DNA from: the human T2T-CHM13v2.0 reference genome, Homo sapiens
Length of the DNA: 64,000 bases
Direction: 5' to 3' (one strand)
Assembly (NCBI RefSeq): GCF_009914755.1
Contig: NC_060947.1
Shown: piece after piece, positions 59,230 to 64,000 of the stretch
Numbering within the stretch: the stretch's first letter is position 1
Layout of the letters: the number at the start of each line of letters is the position of its first letter
Made by a program: the position numbers and the translations under genes
Notes under the pieces: generated by a model
What the model was told of the DNA's origin: nothing
What the model saw: the letters and a program-made list of their open reading frames with translations, nothing else
Databases searched by the model: none

Positions 59230-59640
59230 ACACAGTCACATCGATAGCAGACACCTACTAGTCTTGACGTTCCTACAGCTATTCCAGCTGTCCGCTCTGT
59301 AAATATCCTTGCGATGTGTGTCTGCCGCCAGGAAAGAAACGTTTACCTTGGTTGTCATAGAAACCGAAGTGTCGTCCCGAGGTTCTGCTGGATGACGACT
59401 TGCTACGGAGAGCAGGAAGCGCCAATACATCCCCCGAGGCTCAGCGTCGATCTGGAGCTCACTCAGTGGCACCCCGCTCAATCTCACGCGGGAACCAAGA
59501 AAGGATTCGCAACAGGGCTGGGAATTCTCCTTGGCCTAGGCGCTGGGGGCAGGGGAAGTTTCACAGAACGGGTCATGGAGGGAGGCAAGTGAAGGCGTCA
59601 CAGGTTCTGTTCTCCCTTGAGGCACAGGGACGTGGGAGCC
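59230..59640 (-). promoter_or_regulatory. Candidate PWWP4 promoter / first exon (small CpG-rich patch)
   Basis: Local CpG enrichment; X-box-like GTTGTCATAGAAAC (59351-59364), E2F-like CGCGGGAA (59487-59494), minus-strand donor AAG|GTAAAC (59347/59346). Confidence 0.4.
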
Positions 59641-59684
59641 AGGTTCCCTGAGGGGCCACCTTTCCCATCGCCAGAACACACGAG

Positions 59685-60470
59685 ATCAGGTACTTTTGTG
59701 TACCTATAGCTTAGCTCACACCGAGAACATGCGGTATTCGGTTTTCCGTTCCTGAGTTAGCTCACTTAGGATAATGGCCTGCAGTTGCATCCAAGTTGCC
59801 ACAAAAGACACGATTTTGTTCTTTTTTTTACGCCTGACTAGCATTTCATGGTGTATATACACATTTTCTTCCTCCACTCATCAGTCGATGGGCACTTAGG
59901 TCGATGCCACACGCTGGCGATTGTGAATTGTGCTGCGATAAACATACATGTGCAGCTGTCTTTTTCACATAATGACTTCGTTTCCGTTGGGTAGATACCC
60001 AGTCGTGGTATTGCTGGATCGTATGGTGTATCGACTATTAGTTCTTTAAGGAGTCTCCATACTGTTGTCCATAGGGGTTGGACTAATTTTGATTCCCACC
60101 AGCAGCGTAAAAGCATTCTTTTCCACCACATTTGCACCAACATCTATTGTTTATTGAGTTTTTAATCGTGGTCATTCTGGCCGGGGTAAGGTGCTATCTC
60201 ACCCTGGTGTTCATTGGTGTTTCCTTGATGATGAGCAATGTTGAACATTTTTTCAAATATGTCTTGTCCATTTGTATATCCTCTTTTGAGAAACGTCTGT
60301 CCACGTCATATGCCCACGTTTTAATGGGATTATTTGCTCTTTCTCCTTGCTGTTTTTGTAGAGTTCCTTGTAGATTCTGCATATTAGTTCTTTGTCGCAA
60401 GCACAGTTCGCAAATATTTTCTTCCATTCTTCAGGTTACCTTGTTACTCTGTTGATAATTTCTTTGGCAT
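59685..60470 (-). mobile_element. L1PB-type 3' fragment
   Basis: Minus-strand ORF2 C-terminal-like peptide KLVQPLWTTVWRLLKEL..PYDPAIPRLGIYP..CTCMFIAAQFTIA. Confidence 0.88.
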
Positions 60471-60654
60471 ATTTCTTTCGATACTTGTGTTGTTGTCAAA
60501 AATGGACTTATTTTTCATGGACCATATTTGTATGTAAACATGAATGGGCTGAAGATTATTTTTAAATTGAAATTTTCATTTAATTGATAGCTCAGGTTTT
60601 TTCAAAACACTTGAACATATATTGCATGGGTCTAAGAATTGTTATTTTTGAAAG

Positions 60655-61500
60655 AAATATTTATTGAAGTGAAACTCAGATAACATAAAATTAGATATTT
60701 AAGCATACCGTTTGGTGGCATAAAGTAAATTCACAGTATTGCAAAATCATCACCTCTGTCTATTTACACAACATTTGCATCAATCCCAAAGAAAACCCTG
60801 TACCCATGAGGCAGTCACTACTGATTCCCGCCTCCCTCCTTCCCTGGCATCCACTCATCCGTTTTGTAATCAGATGACATGATAACAACCTGATTTCTAA
60901 GTATCGCTAATCCTTAACATTTGCTTCTTCTGGACATTCCATAGAAATGGAATCATAGGGTATGTGACCCTTTGTGTCTGGCCTATTTCACGTAACATGG
61001 TTTCCAAGTTCATCCCACGTCGTACCATGTATCAGAGCGTCATTCTTTCTCACAGCTACGGAGTATCCCGTTAGGTGGATCCATCATGTTGTGTTCATCC
61101 ATTTATCTGTTGGTGGTAATGTGGGATGCTCCTATTTGGCTGTTGTCCATGGTGCTGTTAGGGACATTCATACACATGTATTTGCTTGAATGTCTGTTTT
61201 AAATTTTTCTGCATGTATCTAGGAGTGGAATGATGGTGTCATATGTTCATTACTTTTAACATCTTGAGGAAACACCAAACTGTTTTTCGTAGCAGCCACA
61301 CACCATTTTACATTCCCATCAGCAGTGTATAAGGCTTGCAGTTTCTCCACATCTTTAACAGCAGCAATTTTTGTCTTCCTCTTGAAAGTAAACAACCTGG
61401 GGGGTGGTTAGCTGGTAGGATTGTGGTGTGATTTGCATTTCCCTAAGAGTAATGACGTTGAGCCTATGTTCTCCGTCCCTATACCCTTGCACATGCCTGG
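60655..61500 (-). mobile_element. L1MB/MC-type 3' fragment
   Basis: TAACATAAAATT..AAACCCTGTACCCAT..GCAGTCAC..AAATGGAATCAT..TCCCATCAGCAGTGTAT motifs. Confidence 0.75.
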
Positions 61501-62669
61501 ATCCTATTTTGCTTATTGCATGGGCCATCTTTTCCGTCCTCATTCATGTGTTAAACTCCTACCCACATCTCAATATCGATCAGCAATATTTAGTCTGCTG
61601 AGTGCTTCTCTAAAAGCCAGACTCTCACCTTGATTTCTTTGAGACTATGAACGAAACAACAAAGCGTGATATTTAGGCTGTCAAATGGCCTTGAGAAAAT
61701 TCTACACCACGGGCTTCTAAAACAGTGAGAAAATGTTTTGTCACGAGTCTAGGTAATCAGAAGGAGTAAATTGGCAGTGATCAAGGTGGAGTAGTATTAG
61801 CAATGTGCTGTTCTTAGAATTAGCACTGAGATGAGTTATGAAATCTTGATGTATCTATGGTACGTAGACATCTATGTATTACCTCTTGGAGCACATGGTG
61901 AAATCTCCAGATATTTTCAGACTACTATATGCCTTTTCCAGTAGTAACGTGCCATTGTGACGGAGATCAATCTGAGGCAATGTTTAACATGAGTAAGTGA
62001 AACGAGAGATAATTTTCAGTAAAGTTACTGTAGGAAACCACATTCAATTATATGATCTCACAAAGAGTCTGTAGTACAGCAAGGGCTCTGGCAGCCTTTG
62101 CCCATTGTTCCTCACCCAACACGTTGGTGGCTTGCTATGAGCCAGTGAAATGCTGATGGTCACAAGCAAGTGAATTCAAAGGGAATAGGATACAGTAGCC
62201 TTACCTTTAACCTGTTACTCGCACAGGCAGTGGGAAAGCACGATGAGAGTGAATACAGTCTTGAAGACTTTGCTAAATGTAGATGAAAGAAGGAAAATGC
62301 ATGATTACAAACAGAAAGAAACTTGCAGAGCTGGTAGCAAACAAAGACAGGTACGAAAGTTAAAGATAATTTTAGAAGACGTAAAGACAATCTATAGCTG
62401 TATCTATTTGAGTCCATAGCTATGTCTTTATGTATACCCACGCCTCTATCTATCTAGAGAGAGAAAAGGATGAAAGGAAATAATACCCGGGATTTTAAAT
62501 GGAATATTATATCTGCTTGGTGGAATTATGTGTGAATTTCATTTCCTTTATAAATTATATTTTCATAACATTTTACAGTGAAGATGTATTACATTTTTAA
62601 CTAGAACACAGACTTGAAAGTAGAATTTAAGTTACCTTAGAGAGCCTCATATTATAGTATTTCTTTATT

Positions 62670-63553
62670 TGTTATTAATTTTAATTTTTGTATTTTGTAT
62701 ATAAATTTATGGGTACATGTGAAATTTTGTTACATGTATACAATGTGTAGTGATTAAGTCAGGATATTTAGGGTGTCCGTCGCCTGAGTACAATACATTT
62801 TTGTGAAGGACCGTCACCCTACTCTGCTCTCAAACACGGAATTGATTGCTTCTATCTCACTGTAGGTTTGTTCCCTTCAACGCACTTCTCTGCATCCTTC
62901 TCCTGCTGACTCACTCTTCCCAGTCTCCATTCTCTACCTCTCCATTCTCTAGCTCCACGCGATCAGATGTTTTAGCTCCCACATATAATAGAGGACATGT
63001 GATATTTGTCTTTTTATGCCTACTTTATTTCACTGACGATAATGGCCTCTAGTTCCGTCCATGCGGCTGCAAATAACATGATTTCATTCTTCTTTTTAAA
63101 GGAATAATTTGTGTTCCACACACACACACACACACAAATACACCTAGATATATGTATACATATATACACCATCTTGTTAAAAAACCATTCATCTGTTGAT
63201 GCACACTGAAGTTGATTCCACGTCTTTGCTATTGTGAATAGTGCTATATAGTAAACATGCAAGAGCAGGTATTTTTTTAATATATTGATTTCTTTTCCTT
63301 TTGGTAGATACCCAGTCATGGGATTGCTGCATCGAATGGTAGTTCTGTTTTCAGTTTTGTTGAGAAGTCGCCATACTCTTTTCCACGGTGGCTGTAGTAG
63401 TTTACACTCTCACCAACAGGCTGTAAGATTTGCCTTTGCTTCTTATTCTTGCCAACCTCTGTTATTTTGTGTCTTTTTAAATAGTGGCCATTCTGACTGA
63501 GGAAAGATGATATGTCATTGCGGTTTTGGTTTGCATTTCTGTGGTGGTTAGTG
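62670..63553 (-). mobile_element. L1MA-type 3' fragment
   Basis: GGGTACATGTGAAATTTTGTTACATG..TTTTAGCTCCCACATAT..GTAGATACCCAGT..GGGATTGCTG. Confidence 0.85.
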
Positions 63554-63626
63554 AAATTAGGCCTGTGTCTCTCACCGTATACAAAAATGAACGCAAATAG
63601 ATTAAGGAGTTACATAAAAGAGCTGA

Positions 63627-63999
<373 letters not shown>

Positions 64000-64000
64000 A

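Noticed and set aside
58792-59302. His/Thr-rich and Cys/Val-rich ORFs
   Set aside because: Translations of the CA-rich simple repeat.

Overview
Primate (very likely human) genomic DNA. The gene content matches Xq28 as I recall it. There are two intact protein-coding genes, both on the minus strand. The first is PNMA6A/B-type (1317-2516, 399 aa), a Ty3/gypsy Gag-derived gene with a CpG-island promoter. The second is PWWP4-type (47691-53876, 2061 aa), a single-coding-exon PWWP3A/MUM1 paralogue whose middle ~4.2 kb is an in-frame array of ~78 diverged 54-bp (18-aa) repeats rich in Thr-Pro. Between them lies a ~6.9-kb two-LTR HERV-H provirus (20106-27026) with a tRNA-Phe-like primer site, nested in an MST element. 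There is also a 32-bp minisatellite and many MaLR/ERV1 solo LTRs, L1/L2/MIR/Alu and hAT fragments. The least expected signal is a set of fossil KRAB exons in the intergenic DNA: one convincing KRAB-A/KRAB-B pair at 14950-15683 and several weaker KRAB-A-like copies. Repeat subfamily names come from recalled consensus sequences and were not verified by search.
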